Assembly (NCBI GenBank): GCA_946542135.1
Contig: CAMNKG010000001.1
Location: 1-61,717 of the forward strand
Direction of reading: 5' to 3'
Length of the DNA: 61,717 bases
From: an uncultured Bacteroidales bacterium
GTDB lineage: Bacteria > Bacteroidota > Bacteroidia > Bacteroidales > P3
Below, one piece after another: positions 33,731 through 43,546 of this stretch. The translations under genes and the position numbers were made by a program. The notes under the pieces are model-generated. The model was given only the letters and a program-made list of their open reading frames with translations. It did no database searches and was not told the DNA's origin. Position 1 is the stretch's first letter; the number at the start of each line of letters is the position of its first letter.

Positions 33731-34249
33731 CTACCAGTTGACGACTGACTTGTTGAAGATATCGTCGCAGAGCTCTGACACGATCTCGCCCATGAGAGAG
33801 TTCTCGACAGATGAGAAATTGAGTTGTGCGTTATAGTCGCGATAGCGCGAAAAGGACTGCTCGAAATTGGCGTTGGGGTCGCAGTTGTTGACAAAGCGTA
33901 CCTTGATGGTGATGGTCAGTCGGTTCATCGACACTTCGTCGCTGGCCGAGAGGGCGGCGGCACGTGTGGTGTAGGCTGTGATCTCTCCCGACACTTCGAG
34001 GTCGGCATCGCCATTGACCACGTTGAGGCTCGTCTGTGAGGAATAGAGGTTGCGTAGGTCGTCGGTCAGCTTCTGACTCAGCTGTGGATTAACGGTGGCG
34101 GCATAGTTCGGAAATGTCGCCACTGAGATGGTCTTGGCGTTGGGCGGAATAGAGGCACCGGTGAAGCTGTAGCCTCCTTTGCAGCCTGTTGCTGTCGCTA
34201 TGATGGCGACAAGCAGGACCATGAGCCGGAAACTGTGTCGTTTGCGCAT
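33731..34249 (-). CDS. LptE-family lipoprotein
   Basis: I trimmed the start to MRKRHSFRLMVLLVAIIATATGC (lipobox). GGYSFTGASIPPNAKTISVATFPN and the C-terminal DIFNKSVVNW match the Bacteroidota LptE pattern. The longest ORF (to 34489) has an implausible N-terminus. Confidence 0.7.
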   Translation of the reverse strand: MRKRHSFRLMVLLVAIIATATGCKGGYSFTGASIPPNAKTISVATFPNYAATVNPQLSQKLTDDLRNLYSSQTSLNVVNGDADLEVSGEITAYTTRAAALSASDEVSMNRLTITIKVRFVNNCDPNANFEQSFSRYRDYNAQLNFSSVENSLMGEIVSELCDDIFNKSVVNW

Positions 34250-34250
34250 A

Positions 34251-34421
34251 TCAGACATTATGGGAATCGTTGTCGATATGTTTCTCATCCTCCATCTGCC
34301 ACAAGAGGTAGCCTGCCTGTTGTTCCATATAGGTAAGCACTGCATGTTTGATGTTGAGGTCGTTGATATTGCTGATCTCGTTGACGATATCGTCGATTTT
34401 TTTCTTGATATTATTGTCCAT
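34251..34421 (-). CDS. Hypothetical small acidic protein (56 aa)
   Basis: Begins MDNNIKKKIDDIVNEISNINDLNIKHAVLTYMEQQAGYLLWQ. Its stop abuts the start of the LptE-like gene. No family was recognised. Confidence 0.35.
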   Translation of the reverse strand: MDNNIKKKIDDIVNEISNINDLNIKHAVLTYMEQQAGYLLWQMEDEKHIDNDSHNV

Positions 34422-34556
34422 GGGTCGTTTAATATTCTGACTTTTATGTTGTTCAGAGAAAAGTGTTGCTTGGGCTTTCTGCTTCCCAAGAGTGCAAAAA
34501 TACACTTTTTTTAACGAATGGTGAAATATTTTTTGATGGGGGCGCTTCGATTGCGC

Positions 34557-35207
34557 TCAGTCCCGATGTCCGCCGTCTTCGGGCAGAACGATGGCGTTGC
34601 CGCCCACAAGGTAGGCGATGCCGGTCTGCACGTCGACGCAGCGGAAACGTGTGCGCCGCTTCTCGAGCGAGCGGAAGAGTTGCTGTGGCCTGTCTTTGAC
34701 ACGGAACAGCGTGCCGACGGGCAGTTCGTTCAGCAGCACGTCGTCGGTTGCGGTTTCGGGCGAATCGAGTTGTTGTAGTTTCCGTTCCAACGCGCGGCCC
34801 AAACTGTTGCTGAGGGGTATCTTGGCGGTATATTTCTCTATCATCGTGCCTACCTCGGCGGGGAAGTGCCCTTGGAGGGCATACTGCCTGAGCAGCCGGC
34901 TGTAGTGCTGCTGCCATTCGTGGCCGTGGGGCTGCACGCTGCGCCCGTATTGGAGGAAGGTGTCAAGGTGTGCCATCTCGTGGAGCAGCACCAGGAGGAA
35001 CATGTGTGGTGTGAGGTCGCCGTTGACACTGATTTCGTGGTATTGGTGCCGCGGCTGGGGCATGCGGTAATCGCCTAACTTCGAGCTTCTTTTGCGGGTA
35101 ATGTGCAGATGCACGGCGTTGCTGTTGAGATAGTGGTAGATGGAATCCACCGCCGTAGGGGGTAGGTAACGCGACAGGGATGCCTTATACTGTTCCTCTT
35201 GCGTCAT
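34557..35207 (-). CDS. SprT-like zinc metalloprotease domain protein
   Basis: 216 aa with HEMAH (HExxH) followed by HGHEW, and the SprT-like N-terminal context KRSSKLGDYR. Confidence 0.75.
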   Translation of the reverse strand: MTQEEQYKASLSRYLPPTAVDSIYHYLNSNAVHLHITRKRSSKLGDYRMPQPRHQYHEISVNGDLTPHMFLLVLLHEMAHLDTFLQYGRSVQPHGHEWQQHYSRLLRQYALQGHFPAEVGTMIEKYTAKIPLSNSLGRALERKLQQLDSPETATDDVLLNELPVGTLFRVKDRPQQLFRSLEKRRTRFRCVDVQTGIAYLVGGNAIVLPEDGGHRD

Positions 35208-35376
35208 AGGCTATGGCTGATTGTTCGCTTACGGGGTGGGCATAGGAAAATGTCGGACAGTTGCAGCGACGGCTTTTGCGATGTCGCGACATGTGTACGC
35301 CCTTGCGGCTGCATGCCGACAGTAGCAGAAACGTGCAGACTGCAAGCATCAGTAGTATTTGTTTTGACCTTTTCAT
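35185..35376 (-). CDS. Small lipoprotein (hypothetical)
   Basis: 63 aa with signal peptide and lipobox LLLSAC and a basic Cys-containing tail. A TAAATTTG -7 box (plus-strand 35417-35424) lies about 40 nt upstream. The 3' end overlaps the SprT-like start. Confidence 0.45.
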   Translation of the reverse strand: MKRSKQILLMLAVCTFLLLSACSRKGVHMSRHRKSRRCNCPTFSYAHPVSEQSAIAYDARGTV

Positions 35377-35493
35377 AATTAACGCGGCGATTTATACCAT
35401 TGTTAACGCAGCGATGCAAATTTAAGTATACCGATGTTTTTCTTTATTGCGCTCGAATGTGCCGACGGGATTTTTTCTCGATGTGCCTGAAGG

Positions 35494-36750
35494 CTATATC
35501 TTGGCGCGGTGTACGGTGAAGGCGACAACGAGCGACGACAGGAAGGATACCACCAGAAAGGCTGACAGGAAATCCACCCACCGCATGGCTACGGGGAAGG
35601 CGTCGACAACTGCGTTGGCTCCCAACTTGACGATGCCGAAATGCTGCTGCAGCAGGCAGGTGAGAAATCCCAGCAGCAATCCCGCAACGACACCAACAGC
35701 GGCAATGAGAACGCCTTCGGTAAAGAATACCTTGCGGATGTCGCCGGCGGCCATGCCCAGGGCTTTGAGCGTGGCGATATCTTTGCGCTTGTTGATGATC
35801 AGCAGCGAGAGCGATGCTATCAGGTTGAGCGTGGCTATGAGCACGATGAGCGAGAGGATTAGGAAGACTCCCAACCGCTCGGAACGGAATATCTTGTAGT
35901 AGAGCGGCTTCTGGTCGAGCCTGTCGCTGACGGTGTATGCCTCGCCCAGGGTCTCGCGGAGTTGTTGCTTGACTTTGGACAGTTGCTTGCTGTCGTCCAG
36001 CGTTATGGCCAGGGCGGTGACTTCGTCGGGTCCGTACGACATCAGTCGTCGTACGAAATCGATGTCGGCAACCACATACATGTTGTCGATTTCTTCCTGT
36101 ATCCTGAAAGCGCCGGCGGGATAGGCGTAGCCGTTGTTGAAGGCTTCATCCATCGAGAGACCGATGGCGCTGGTGCCGCGTTTGGGTATGTGTACGGCGA
36201 GCGGCATATTGGTCATGGAGTTGACGCCAAGTCTCAGCATCACGTTCCAGCCCATCAGCAGATAGTGAACCGTTACCGGTTCGTCGGTTTCCAACGAGGT
36301 GGTGCGTATGGCATCGATGCCTTTCAGCAGGTATTCTCCTTCTGCAATGAGGGTGTCCAGTCCGCTATAGCGGCCATAGCTGCTGTCGACACCGCGCAGC
36401 ATAACGATGCTTTCTGCCTGGCGACGTGTGATCCATGCATTCTCCTCTACTATGGGGCTTACCGCCGCTACTCCTTGCGTTGCGACGAGGGCGGCATAGT
36501 CGATGTCGGTGGTGTGGAAGGTCTTGCCTTCGACGGGTTTTATCACCAACTCGGGGTCGAAAACGTTGAACAGCGTCTGCGTAAGCTCTCCGATGCCGTT
36601 GTATACGGACATGACCACCACCATGGCAAGGGTGCTTACGGCTATGCCGGCAAGCGAAATCCATGAGATGAGGTTGATGACGGTCTTTTCTTTGCGCGAA
36701 AAAAGATAGCGCCGCGCCATCAGCGCAACCAGACGCTTGTTGAATGTCAT
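35494..36750 (-). CDS. LolC/LolE-type ABC transporter permease (MacB-like periplasmic domain + FtsX)
   Basis: 418 aa with an N-terminal TM helix, a large periplasmic domain and three C-terminal TM helices. The 4-nt overlap with rbfA is a typical Bacteroidota arrangement. Confidence 0.8.
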   Translation of the reverse strand: MTFNKRLVALMARRYLFSRKEKTVINLISWISLAGIAVSTLAMVVVMSVYNGIGELTQTLFNVFDPELVIKPVEGKTFHTTDIDYAALVATQGVAAVSPIVEENAWITRRQAESIVMLRGVDSSYGRYSGLDTLIAEGEYLLKGIDAIRTTSLETDEPVTVHYLLMGWNVMLRLGVNSMTNMPLAVHIPKRGTSAIGLSMDEAFNNGYAYPAGAFRIQEEIDNMYVVADIDFVRRLMSYGPDEVTALAITLDDSKQLSKVKQQLRETLGEAYTVSDRLDQKPLYYKIFRSERLGVFLILSLIVLIATLNLIASLSLLIINKRKDIATLKALGMAAGDIRKVFFTEGVLIAAVGVVAGLLLGFLTCLLQQHFGIVKLGANAVVDAFPVAMRWVDFLSAFLVVSFLSSLVVAFTVHRAKI

Positions 36751-37127
36751 TTTTTAAGGAGGTTTTCGATGTTCTCGATATAGTCGAGCGTATCGTCAAG
36801 GTAAAACTCCAGGTTGGGGATGATGCGCAGCTGCTTGCCTTCTCGCAGCCCCAGCCGGCGACGGATGTCGGCGCTGTGCAGGAGTATGGCGTTGACAACC
36901 AGCTGGGTCGTGGCCTTGGTGCCCGACGGGGTGTCGGCACTTTCGGGCATGTCGCCTACAGGAAATATGCTGACGTAGGCGCGAGCTATGGAGAGGTCGC
37001 TGGTGATGCGAACCTTGGTGACGGTGATGAGCGAGTTGCCTAATACGGGTTTCATCTCTTTGAGGAAGATGTCGCCAAGGTCTTGCTGTATCAGCCGTGA
37101 TATTTTGTTCTGACGGGTAGTGTCCAT
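36747..37127 (-). CDS. rbfA: Ribosome-binding factor A
   Basis: 126 aa. RQNKISRLIQQDLGDIF and ITVTKVRITSDLSIARAYVS are typical RbfA segments. Confidence 0.9.
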   Translation of the reverse strand: MDTTRQNKISRLIQQDLGDIFLKEMKPVLGNSLITVTKVRITSDLSIARAYVSIFPVGDMPESADTPSGTKATTQLVVNAILLHSADIRRRLGLREGKQLRIIPNLEFYLDDTLDYIENIENLLKK

Positions 37128-37154
37128 GTTGGGTAAGCTATTGAAGTGTGAATG

Positions 37155-37736
37155 TTAGAAACGGAATCCGACACGGATGGGGATGAAGGTGGACTGTTGC
37201 GTATAGGCAAATGCCAGTTCCACGAAGACGCTGAGATAGTTGCGCTCCATGTTGCGGTATTCGTAGCGGAAAAACCAGTTCAGCCCGGTGGAAATCTCTG
37301 CATAGGGCTGCAGGGTGTTGCCGTAGGGCGTGTCGGCCATCATGTAGTGCGCCCCCACGCGAGCGCCGACCATGGGCGACCACTCCACGTCGAGCGGCCG
37401 ATAGTCGAAGTCTATAAAGGCCATCGCGCTGTGCCATCCGTTCGAGAAATCGCTGGGAACGGCCACATAGCCGTAGCCGAGACCCACACCGACGAAGAAA
37501 TCCTGCTTGATGTTGACGCCGTTGATGACATTGGCGTTGACCATATGACGCAGGTCGTTGATGTAGTATCCGTATTCTCCTTCGTTGCCGAGATTGCTGA
37601 CAAAGGGCATGTAACCTATTTCGCCTTTGAACATATATTCAAAAATGGACCCTGTTTGCGTGAACTGTGCCTTGAGTGGTCCTGCCATGAGAAAAGCAGC
37701 TATCAATATGATACTTTTCAATCTTTTCATAATCAT
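37155..37736 (-). CDS. Small outer-membrane beta-barrel protein
   Basis: 193 aa with signal peptide ending PLKAQ, alternating aromatic beta-strands and a C-terminal RVGFRF. A TAATTTTG -7 box lies at plus-strand 37784-37791. Confidence 0.65.
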   Translation of the reverse strand: MIMKRLKSIILIAAFLMAGPLKAQFTQTGSIFEYMFKGEIGYMPFVSNLGNEGEYGYYINDLRHMVNANVINGVNIKQDFFVGVGLGYGYVAVPSDFSNGWHSAMAFIDFDYRPLDVEWSPMVGARVGAHYMMADTPYGNTLQPYAEISTGLNWFFRYEYRNMERNYLSVFVELAFAYTQQSTFIPIRVGFRF

Positions 37737-37830
37737 TCGTTTATTGATGTGTTCTGTTTGTACATCTCCTTAAAAGGACGTTGCAAAATTACACATTATT
37801 TATAAATAGTGACTTGTCGGCCGCTCTTTT

Positions 37831-39012
37831 TCATGCCACAGTCTTTCGGATGATGCGGTAGATGAGGATATTGTAGGCCGCCAAGAGGATGGCTGTAAGA
37901 ATGACGGTGGCGACAACGATAGGCGTCACCGTACCGTCGAGATCGAAGACGTGGGTGAGCTTCTGAACGTAGTATTGGCGCACCCACAGCGCTGCCGAAA
38001 GGGCGGCAAAAAGGTCTACGACGGTGATGAGGCTGACTACGCGCTGATAGTAGCGTGATATCTGTCGCGGGGTGTATCCGATGTTGTAGAGATTGAGGAA
38101 AAGGTCGCGGTTTTTCTGCACGATAACATTGAGGCTCATGACGATAAAGGCCATGGAGAGGAGTATGACGATGGCGGCAATGGTGAACACAAAGAGCAGG
38201 GCGAAGCGGAACAGGAAGACCATCTTGCTGCTCTCGAGTTCTGTTTTGTTGATGTTGAGACCGCTGTCTTGAAAGAAGGCGGGGATGCGTTCATCGCTGG
38301 CGTCGGTGAATTCCACCAGCAGGCGGCTGCTGCGTTGGTGCGCCACGGCGCCGTATGTGCGGTTGGCCCATGCCAGAAAGCTTTGGGGTACCAGGATGGA
38401 GTTGATTTTGCCCGAAAAACCGACGATGCGGCTTGTGTAGGTGCGGCGTGCGCCGTTGCCCTCAATGTGGATGTTGAAGGCTACTTGCGACAGGGTACGC
38501 TCTGAAATCACCGGCAGCGACTGGCTCTCGGCAAAACCGAAATTGTAGAGGCTCAGATAGTCTTCGGGTATCACGATGGGAAGGAAGTCGGACGTGGAAT
38601 CCCATTGCCAGGCTTCGCTGTCGACGTCGAGGTACTCGTCGGGAACGCTCTCAAAGAAGAGGTCGGTGCCCATGCGGTGCCCGTTGCCGAGATTGATGGT
38701 GGCGCTGACGTTGAACGAGGAGCTGATGAAGGGAGACACTTTCTTGACGAACGGCTGCTCCTGTAGCGCCTCAAGGTCGTCGGCATCAAAGTAGACACTT
38801 TCCTTGTTGGCCGACTTGAAGAGTGTCACGTTTTTGGATACGGTGACGGTATGGGCTTTGAAGACATCGGTCTGCTGTGTCAGCATGGGCCGGATGTCGG
38901 CATAGAGCTGAAAGGTCAGAATGACTACCGTCACGCCGACAAAAAGCGTGAGGGCGTAGCCTGCTATCTGGGCCGGGATAAGGGTTTTTCGTTGTAGCTT
39001 GTGTAGTGTCAA
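37831..39012 (-). CDS. FtsX-like ABC transporter permease
   Basis: 393 aa with an N-terminal TM helix, a periplasmic domain of about 230 aa and three C-terminal TM helices. It lies 21 nt downstream of an ABC ATPase gene. Confidence 0.65.
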   Translation of the reverse strand: MTLHKLQRKTLIPAQIAGYALTLFVGVTVVILTFQLYADIRPMLTQQTDVFKAHTVTVSKNVTLFKSANKESVYFDADDLEALQEQPFVKKVSPFISSSFNVSATINLGNGHRMGTDLFFESVPDEYLDVDSEAWQWDSTSDFLPIVIPEDYLSLYNFGFAESQSLPVISERTLSQVAFNIHIEGNGARRTYTSRIVGFSGKINSILVPQSFLAWANRTYGAVAHQRSSRLLVEFTDASDERIPAFFQDSGLNINKTELESSKMVFLFRFALLFVFTIAAIVILLSMAFIVMSLNVIVQKNRDLFLNLYNIGYTPRQISRYYQRVVSLITVVDLFAALSAALWVRQYYVQKLTHVFDLDGTVTPIVVATVILTAILLAAYNILIYRIIRKTVA

Positions 39013-39033
39013 GGCTTGGTGTTTTTCGGTTGT

Positions 39034-39660
39034 TTAGAGTTGCATGACATGGTCGAAGGGGAACAGGTCTATGGCATCGAGGGCTGTGACTATGAGTGCG
39101 GCGCCCTGGCGGTCCACTTCGTGCATGACGAGTTGTGCCACGGCCTGGGCGTTTTGGCGGTCGATGTGGCTGAAGGGCTCGTCAAGCATAAGGAATCGGA
39201 ATGGCTGGCATAAGGCCCTGACGACGGCCACGCGCTGTCGTTGGCCGAGCGAGAGGGTGCCTACCGGTTGGCTCTTTTTGTCGGCAGGAAGCAGGGCATC
39301 AAGCATGGCCGTGAGTTCTGCGGAACTCTTGTAATGGGTGAGGCTGTTCTTGAGATCCAGGTTCTCCATGGCCGTCAGCTGGGGGAAGAGGCAGAGGTCC
39401 TGGAAGAGATAGCTCAGCGTCTGCCGCCGCAGCACGAAGGGGTCGGCAACGGCTTCGCCATAGTCTATGGTGCCGTCGTATGCTCGACTGGAGCCGTAGA
39501 TGAAGTTCAGCAACGAGCTTTTCCCGTGTCCCGATTGGGCACAAATCATGTATTTTTGGCCTTGTTCGAAGACAACGTTGGGCTGGAGGTATATGTCGGA
39601 GCCGGCCAGTTCCGACTCCGACATGTACTGTGGTTTAAGGTTGTGAAGGGTGATTTTCAA
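39034..39660 (-). CDS. ABC transporter ATP-binding protein
   Basis: 208 aa with Walker A SGHGKSS, signature LSLGQRQR and Walker B LMLDEPFSHID. Confidence 0.85.
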   Translation of the reverse strand: MKITLHNLKPQYMSESELAGSDIYLQPNVVFEQGQKYMICAQSGHGKSSLLNFIYGSSRAYDGTIDYGEAVADPFVLRRQTLSYLFQDLCLFPQLTAMENLDLKNSLTHYKSSAELTAMLDALLPADKKSQPVGTLSLGQRQRVAVVRALCQPFRFLMLDEPFSHIDRQNAQAVAQLVMHEVDRQGAALIVTALDAIDLFPFDHVMQL

Positions 39661-39722
39661 ATGCTGTATGGTATTATTGTCGGCAGGTCTGTGTGATGCT
39701 TGCGACGGGTATTACAATACAA

Positions 39723-41345
39723 TCATATCTCTTCTTCGACAGCGTAGTATTCATCTTCGGAGACGTACGCTGTGTCTGTTGCGACATCGTATGAGTTGTC
39801 GAATGCATCTTCCAGGTCGGCTAAGGTCATCAGGTTGTCGTCAACAAAATGGATGAGGGCGGCAAGGCTGTTCTGCTTCTTGTCTTTGAGATGGACAATG
39901 ACTTCGCCGGTGTTGCCGTCGCTGACTACCTCAAAGGAGCTAAAGAGCTGGCGCAGCAGCTTGACGCTCTCTTTGGGCATAAGGTCGGTGACCGACGACG
40001 GATAGTTGTCGACATCCATGTCGATGTAGATATAATTGCCTTTCTTGGCTTTGTCGGCTACCTTGGCAATACCGTTTGTGGTGGTGCCGTCAACGAACTT
40101 CTGGATGGCTTTCTGGTCGTTGGTGATGTAGGCCATCTTGTCTTTGAATGCCAGATAGATCGGAACGCTGGGGTCTTCGTACCAACTGCCGCTCTTTTCA
40201 AGACCGGATGCTGACATGAGGCTCTTGAGCGTCGAGATGTCATTGACATCGGCAATCACGGCAAAGAGCGGCATTGTGGGCGTGCCGTCGGAATTGGCGA
40301 TGATGCCATGCAGGTTGGCGGCAATACTGCCATCAAAGCAGTTGATCAGGTCGGCAATAGTGACGCCTTTGTAGAGCTCTTCTCTTAGCGCTTCCTTCAG
40401 TTCGGCATTGTTGGAAAGATAGTCCATCATGGCTTTCACGTTGAACGAGAGGGTGGCGGCAGCAAGGGTCTGTTCGGGTAGGTATTTGAGCAGGCTGGCG
40501 TTGAAGGAATGCTTCATCATGTCCATCATCTTCGAGCTTTCGAGACCGTAGGTGGCACTCTTGACGCGGATGGCTCCGTTGTCGAACTGCAGGGCGAAGG
40601 CTACGCTGGAGTTCATGAAGGCATCGATGTCTTCGCTGGTGTATACTTCGTTAAGCGCCGATTTGCCACCGGGAATAACGGAAATGACATTGCCCATGGG
40701 GCACCATGCGCTGACATCTCCTCGGGCGGACCAGTATTTGCGGAACTGGCTGCTGCTGGCCATGCTTTCACTCTTCGCAAGGTTCAGGCGGCTGGCTATC
40801 TTGTCGCTCTTGCTGTAGAGGTTGTTTTGGGTCGAGACCACCATGATGGCGTATTTCGAGTTCCATGAGACGCTCATGGGTATATCTTCGTCGTCGATGG
40901 TGGCATATTGCAGCCCGTCGGTTTTGTCGATGTCGAAATCAAATTCTCCGGCTTTGGCAATCTGATTGAGGAAGGTTTCGAACTTCTTACCGTCGTTGAT
41001 GGCGGCCAGCACCACGATGTTGAGGTCGTTGTCGACATAGCATACCATGTCGTTGCGCACATCGATGCCGGCGCTCATCGGGTCATCAAGAATACCGTCG
41101 ACTATGGAGGCGGCATAGCGGTTCTCGTCGCGCAATTCGCCACGCAGCAACTTGACGGTGCTCAGCTTGTCGGCGTTCTGCAGGTCGCCTTTCTCTATCA
41201 CCTGCAGCAGGTTGACGTCTATCACTGCTAAGGCATCGTTGGGAATTAGTTTGCCGAAATCGACACTCTTGGAGCATGAGGTCAGCATTGCCATGGCGAC
41301 GGCAACGAGCACCAGAATACTTCTGATAAAGGATGTTTTTTTCAT
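39723..41345 (-). CDS. Lipoprotein, possibly DUF4836 family
   Basis: 540 aa with lipobox AMLTSC and an acidic C-terminal tail. The family assignment comes from my memory of the N-terminal pattern and is unverified. Confidence 0.6.
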   Translation of the reverse strand: MKKTSFIRSILVLVAVAMAMLTSCSKSVDFGKLIPNDALAVIDVNLLQVIEKGDLQNADKLSTVKLLRGELRDENRYAASIVDGILDDPMSAGIDVRNDMVCYVDNDLNIVVLAAINDGKKFETFLNQIAKAGEFDFDIDKTDGLQYATIDDEDIPMSVSWNSKYAIMVVSTQNNLYSKSDKIASRLNLAKSESMASSSQFRKYWSARGDVSAWCPMGNVISVIPGGKSALNEVYTSEDIDAFMNSSVAFALQFDNGAIRVKSATYGLESSKMMDMMKHSFNASLLKYLPEQTLAAATLSFNVKAMMDYLSNNAELKEALREELYKGVTIADLINCFDGSIAANLHGIIANSDGTPTMPLFAVIADVNDISTLKSLMSASGLEKSGSWYEDPSVPIYLAFKDKMAYITNDQKAIQKFVDGTTTNGIAKVADKAKKGNYIYIDMDVDNYPSSVTDLMPKESVKLLRQLFSSFEVVSDGNTGEVIVHLKDKKQNSLAALIHFVDDNLMTLADLEDAFDNSYDVATDTAYVSEDEYYAVEEEI

Positions 41346-41443
41346 AATGTGTTTTTTTTATTGTGTACTGTTTGTTCCATTTCCGAAAAGTTCGTTTACG
41401 GCGTTAACGCTCGGAAAGAGAAATTATTGTCTCACGGTTGATT

Positions 41444-42649
41444 TTATTTTCCGAACATGATGCGTTCGCTGTTGAACATGCGGGTGAGCACCCACACGGA
41501 AATGGCGGCATAGACCAGATTGGCAGCGACGGTGATGCCCACTGCGGCGGGCTTGAGTTCGAACGAGAAGATCGATGCCATCGACTGCACGCTGTTGTAG
41601 AACGGCACCAGGTAGGCTGTCACCCCCTCGGGGGCGTCGCCGCCCAGCATCGGCGTGAAGCCGACAAACATCACCACCAGCATCAGCGGCAGCACCAGCG
41701 TGCCGGCCGACTTGACATCCTTGGCCAGCGCCGACAAGATGGAGATGCAACTTACAAGTACCAACACGGTGCTGATCAGCACACAGAGTATCAGCAGGTA
41801 ATCGCCTACGCCGTAGGGTATGGCTATGTCGACGCCTGTTTCGTCGGCATGCAGCAGCCGTGGCAGCGAAAAGATGATGCCTAAGAAACTCGACAGTCCG
41901 CTGAGCATTGCGAAAGTCGACAGGCTCAGTATTTTGCCTATAGCCAGCTCGCTGCGCTTCATTGGTGTGACCAGCAGGGTGGCGATGGTGCCACGCTCTT
42001 TCTCGCCGGCAATCGAGGTGGGCGCCACGGCCATACAGCCCGAGAAAAGCAGTATCATCAGCAACATCGGGAACAGCTGGCCCAAAATCTCGCCAAGCGA
42101 GTCGTTCTCGTCGGCCATATCGAAGGTCTCTTCTGTGTCGGGATTTTCGGCATTGATGTCGAACATGTTATTGCGGCTGTTCTCCCATTCCTCGAGGTAG
42201 GTCTTGACGGCCTGGTAGGCCAGCTCTGAGTTGTCGGAATTGGAGTTGTGATAGATCTTCACATTCGGTGCCGCCTCGCCGCCCATCGGGTCGTAGGCTG
42301 CTATGAGGCTGTCGAAATGGGGCGGGAAGTTGACGTAGATCAGGCTTTTCTCCTTGTCGGCCAGGCTGTCGCCGATAAGGGCCACGGCATTGAAGCCCTT
42401 GGTGACCAGCTGGAACGGAATCGAATCGAAATCGCCTCGCAGGCTCTCGGGCAGGTTGTCGACATAGACCGTCGTGGGTCCCTCGTTGTCGTCATGATGG
42501 CTCTTGCCGATGTTGTCGCCCATCAGCGAATAGACGATATAAATCAGCAAACCAGGCATAATTACGGTTGTGAACACCAACGAGCGGTCGCCGAAAAAGC
42601 GCGCAAACTCCTTGCGGACTATGGTCCACACATTACCTCGTTTTCTCAT
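41444..42649 (-). CDS. ABC-2 type transporter permease (NatB-like)
   Basis: 401 aa with one N-terminal TM helix, a large external loop and a C-terminal cluster of five TM helices. It has a 4-nt overlap with the upstream ATPase gene. Confidence 0.75.
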   Translation of the reverse strand: MRKRGNVWTIVRKEFARFFGDRSLVFTTVIMPGLLIYIVYSLMGDNIGKSHHDDNEGPTTVYVDNLPESLRGDFDSIPFQLVTKGFNAVALIGDSLADKEKSLIYVNFPPHFDSLIAAYDPMGGEAAPNVKIYHNSNSDNSELAYQAVKTYLEEWENSRNNMFDINAENPDTEETFDMADENDSLGEILGQLFPMLLMILLFSGCMAVAPTSIAGEKERGTIATLLVTPMKRSELAIGKILSLSTFAMLSGLSSFLGIIFSLPRLLHADETGVDIAIPYGVGDYLLILCVLISTVLVLVSCISILSALAKDVKSAGTLVLPLMLVVMFVGFTPMLGGDAPEGVTAYLVPFYNSVQSMASIFSFELKPAAVGITVAANLVYAAISVWVLTRMFNSERIMFGK

Positions 42650-43422
42650 TCCTCACCTCCTTTCTGTTCTTTATAGATTTCGAAAAAGCGGTCCTCAAGA
42701 CTCATCCCGTCGCGGATGGCGTCGAGGGTGTCGCAATGGGTCAAGCGTCCGTCGATGATGATGCCCACGCGGTCGCACAGCTTCTCTACGAGGCTGAAAA
42801 TGTGGGTCGAAAGGATGATGGTCTTGCCCTGCTGGCGCATCTCGGCCAGGAAGTCGGTGACGGTGCGCGCCGTCAGCACATCGAGTCCGTTGGTGGGCTC
42901 GTCGAAGATGATGATGTCGGGGTTGTGCGCCAACGAGATGACGATGCTGGCCTTCTGCTTCATGCCTGTCGAAAGGTTCTGCACCTTGACCTCGGCGAAC
43001 TTGTCGATGCCGAAGCGCTCGAACATCACACGCTTGCGCTCAGCGGCCTCGGTCTCAGGTACACCGTGCAGGCGGGCGAAGAAGTCGAACAGGTAGTTTG
43101 GCGTGAAGAAGTCCTCGAGCTTCAGCTCGCTGGTGAGGAATGCTATGCGCGACCGCACCTCTTCCTCCTCGTTCACAACGCTGTAGCCGTCCAGCATGGC
43201 ATCGCCTGTGTCGGGCTTGATGAGCGTGGCCAGGATGCGCAGCGTCGTCGTTTTGCCAGCCCCGTTGGGACCCAGCAGTCCGAATATCTCACCGCGGTTG
43301 GCGGTGAAGCTCAGATTGTCCACAGCCACCTTCTTGCGCAGCGTGGTGCGTTCAATCTTCTGTTGTTTCTTTGATAGCGTGAAGGTCTTCGAGATGCCTT
43401 CCACGCGAAGAATTTCGTCCAT
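42646..43422 (-). CDS. ABC transporter ATP-binding protein (NatA-like)
   Basis: I set the start at MDEILRVEGISKTF (ATG 43422). It has Walker A GPNGAGKTTT, signature LSTGMKQK and Walker B IIFDEPTNGLD. The longer ORF (to 43557) only translates a tandem repeat. Confidence 0.85.
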   Translation of the reverse strand: MDEILRVEGISKTFTLSKKQQKIERTTLRKKVAVDNLSFTANRGEIFGLLGPNGAGKTTTLRILATLIKPDTGDAMLDGYSVVNEEEEVRSRIAFLTSELKLEDFFTPNYLFDFFARLHGVPETEAAERKRVMFERFGIDKFAEVKVQNLSTGMKQKASIVISLAHNPDIIIFDEPTNGLDVLTARTVTDFLAEMRQQGKTIILSTHIFSLVEKLCDRVGIIIDGRLTHCDTLDAIRDGMSLEDRFFEIYKEQKGGEE

Positions 43423-43526
43423 GTTGTTATTTGTTGATATGTTGATACGTTGATATGTTGAATGTTGATACGTTGATATGTTGAATGTTGATACGTTGAC
43501 ATGTTGAATGTTGATACGTTTATGTG
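43423..43526. repeat. Tandem 23-bp repeat GTTGATAC-GTTGATAT-GTTGAAT (3 full copies plus partial copies at both ends)
   Basis: The full units are 43441-43463, 43464-43486 and 43487-43509 (the third with one mismatch). Partial units flank them. The array abuts the ATG of the ABC ATPase gene. Confidence 0.9.
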
Positions 43527-43546
43527 TAAAGACCTTTGTGTTCGTG

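Noticed and set aside
33731-34489. Longest-ORF version (252 aa) of the LptE-like gene; similar cases are 50266..50850 for the NUDIX gene, 44104..44637, and 3742..5940
   Set aside because: The N-terminal extensions are compositionally odd and overlap upstream genes. The internal ATGs give canonical lipoprotein, signal-peptide or Nudix N-termini.
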